Shown here: positions 59,603 to 64,000 of the stretch, one piece after another
How the letters are laid out: each line of letters opens with the position of its first letter
Numbering within the stretch: position 1 is the first letter of the stretch
Notes under the pieces: model-generated
Database searches by the model: none
What the model saw: the letters and a program-made list of their open reading frames with translations, nothing else
Told to the model about the DNA's origin: nothing
Position numbers and translations under genes: made by a program
NCBI RefSeq assembly: GCF_009914755.1
Contig: NC_060936.1
Length of the DNA stretch: 64,000 bases
From: the human T2T-CHM13v2.0 reference genome, Homo sapiens
Strand: one strand, 5' to 3'

Positions 59603-60244
59603 TCAATAAACACTTGACTTTTTTGGGGGGGGTCTTGGCAGGGATAGTGGTGGGAGTGAAGTAGAATGTTAATGTATGTACTCTCTGAAAACACTGAAAA
59701 AGATGAAAGGGTTCTTTGAGGTAAAAAGTCTGAGACCTACTGCAGGAAAGGAGGTGGGATTCATTTGGGCAGGTCCACCACCACGCAGGTCCAGAGAGGA
59801 GCCTCAGGGGAAGTGTGTTAAGAGAGAGAGCTTGAGGTGGGCTCTGCTCCCCACCTTCCCTGTTCCCTGTAGCCTCTGTGGCTGCTTCCAGGAGCTGGGG
59901 CCATTATGTAAGACTGAGCTCTGCCCGTGCCTTTTAATTTCCATTTACTGTAAGTGAGAATCTGGTCTGCTACTCAGTTATAATTCATTCATTTTTCAAG
60001 GCTCATGACAATGCTTTCTTTCTCAAGCCTTGCCTTGCAATTTCAGCATTTTAATGTGTATTTAACCCTCTTAGTTCTTTTTATCTATCTAGTCCTTGAG
60101 GTAGGCACTCAAGTCAATTCACATTTACGTAGTGGGTTATTATCAGTGAACTAAGAGGAAGTTCAGAAAAGAGGATACTCAGAAATAGGGCTTTTTCCTT
60201 CCTTTCTTCCTTCCTTCCTTTCCTTTTTCTTAAGCTTATATAAT

Positions 60245-60410
60245 GTGTTTCTCAGGATTCTAATCTTTTCTGAGTCACAAGCCCCTGTGAGAGAATCTGA
60301 TGAAAGTTATGGACCCTCTCCCAAGAAAAGTGCACATTCACACATATTCCCACAGATCCTCTGAAGCCCATTTACAAGCACCCTAGAAATCCATGGACCA
60401 CAATTGAGAG
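60245..60410. mobile_element. hAT-Charlie non-autonomous element (MER103-like)
   Basis: GAGAATCTGATGAAAGTTATGGACCCTCTCCC.AGAAAA.TGCACAT motif. Confidence 0.6.
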
Positions 60411-60653
60411 ATCTTTTTTGCCATAAATAAATGATACTATCAGAGGAAATAATAGCCAATTGGTGAGGAATCTGCAGCAAGCACAGGCCAAAGAGACCTG
60501 ATGTTCCTTTCTTTTCATTTTTAATGATTTCAAACAAACTTTGTATGTGCCTGAAATTTATGGAACATTTCAAGCATATAGCAAAGTAGAGAGATTTTGC
60601 ATAGTGAATCATCATGTACCCATGACTTGGCGTCAACAATGAACACACCATCT

Positions 60654-61024
<371 letters not shown>

Positions 61025-61819
61025 TGAGTAAAAATTTCAGTGTGTAGCCCTAAAGATTAAAGACTCTTTTAAAACAACGACATAACTGCCAAAACACACG
61101 AGATTATTATACTGAAAAAATAGTTTCCTAATATAATCAAATTTTCATTTAGTTGTTTACATTTATGTGAGTACCTTGTAGTTTTTTAAAAAATACTTGT
61201 TTTATTTGAATCAGGATTCAAACAAAGTCCACACATTCACATTCAAGCCTGACCTTTCAAATGCTTTTGCTAATGGTTATTGACAGTGGCTCTGTTTTCT
61301 TTGGCAAGACAAAGAAAATGGATGAACAATTATTCAGTGAATTTAGGCTGTGGTTAACCAATCTAAATTAAGGAAACTAACAAACAGCAAGAAAGTTTTT
61401 CAACCTGAATTTTTCAGATGATTGACCTTGCTCTTTATATTTTGCAGTTACAATTTTAAAGAAATCAATCATCTCTCCTACCCTCCCTCCCTCTGTTTCT
61501 CTAGATTCCCACTGTGTTCTCTGTGGTGTCAGGTGTCTGAAGACAGTACCAAGTATTATAATTAATTGATTCCTATCCTCTGGATATTAAAAACCAGTAG
61601 GGGAGCCAACATGAATAATTATTCATATATCTAATTATTTATTTATATAGTTTTATGAGAAAACATCTGATCAATTATCAAAGAGTTTATAAAACTAATA
61701 AACATTCATTGAAATGTATGGGATACTTACCATGTACTGGACATTGTACTGGGTGCTGGGTAGATATTGATGAATATAAGACCCAGTACCTATCCTCCTA
61801 GAACTTTTGAGGGGACAGA

Positions 61820-63250
<1,431 letters not shown>

Positions 63251-63389
63251 TTTAATTTTACATTATGTAAATTATTTACAAAATAAGGCATATTCAAAAA
63301 AGTCTAGTTTCTATCTTTGTCTCTTCCATCTTATTCCCTCCCTCCTCTCTAGGTAACTATTTAAAAAAATCTTTTGTGACTTTTTCTTC

Positions 63390-63734
<345 letters not shown>

Positions 63735-64000
63735 TAAGCAAACACTTATGTTCCAACACCCTTTGTTAGATAAAAGGTAGCAAATTATACAGTTTTCTCC
63801 ATCTTGCTTTTTAAACTTAATATTATATTTTGGAGATTTTTCCATGGTAGTAATAATATATAATTTTAAATGTCTATAAAGCTAATTTAATACATAAAAA
63901 TCCTAAGTAGATATTAGACTATTTTATTTACTTCCCTAAAAGTTTGTTTATTCCAGTTGGCCTCAAAAACTTTATTTCAATCTTCCCATTGGGAAAATGA

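Overview
This is primate (human-like) euchromatic genomic DNA that I recognise from memory as the GALNT6 / SLC4A8 head-to-head locus (human 12q13); no database was searched. On the minus strand lie the 5' part of GALNT6, with two coding exons at 6110-6600 and 4014-4186 joined in frame by canonical GT-AG sites, and candidate 5'UTR exons at the first CpG island (~18.1-18.9 kb). On the plus strand lie the first coding exon of SLC4A8 (51790-51837, MPAAGSNEPDGVLSYQ) in a second CpG island, a probable alternative 43-codon first coding exon (29960-30088) and a probable distal non-coding first exon at the GALNT6 island. The rest is intron dense in Alu, L1, MIR/L2, LTR and DNA-transposon relics, and nearly all ORFs in the supplied track are Alu or other repeat read-throughs. 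I see no evidence of a novel multi-gene system. The most unusual features are: (1) a ~68-bp inverted templated copy of an Alu tail plus flank inserted into an ERV1 LTR ~1.05 kb from its source, with a 58-bp perfect AT-rich palindrome between the two; (2) a fold-back fusion of opposite-orientation Alus; (3) a MIR-derived alternative N-terminus for SLC4A8; (4) uORFs in the SLC4A8 leader; (5) an unexplained strong cassette exon at 46913-47007. Repeat boundaries are approximate and repeat subfamily names are from recall.
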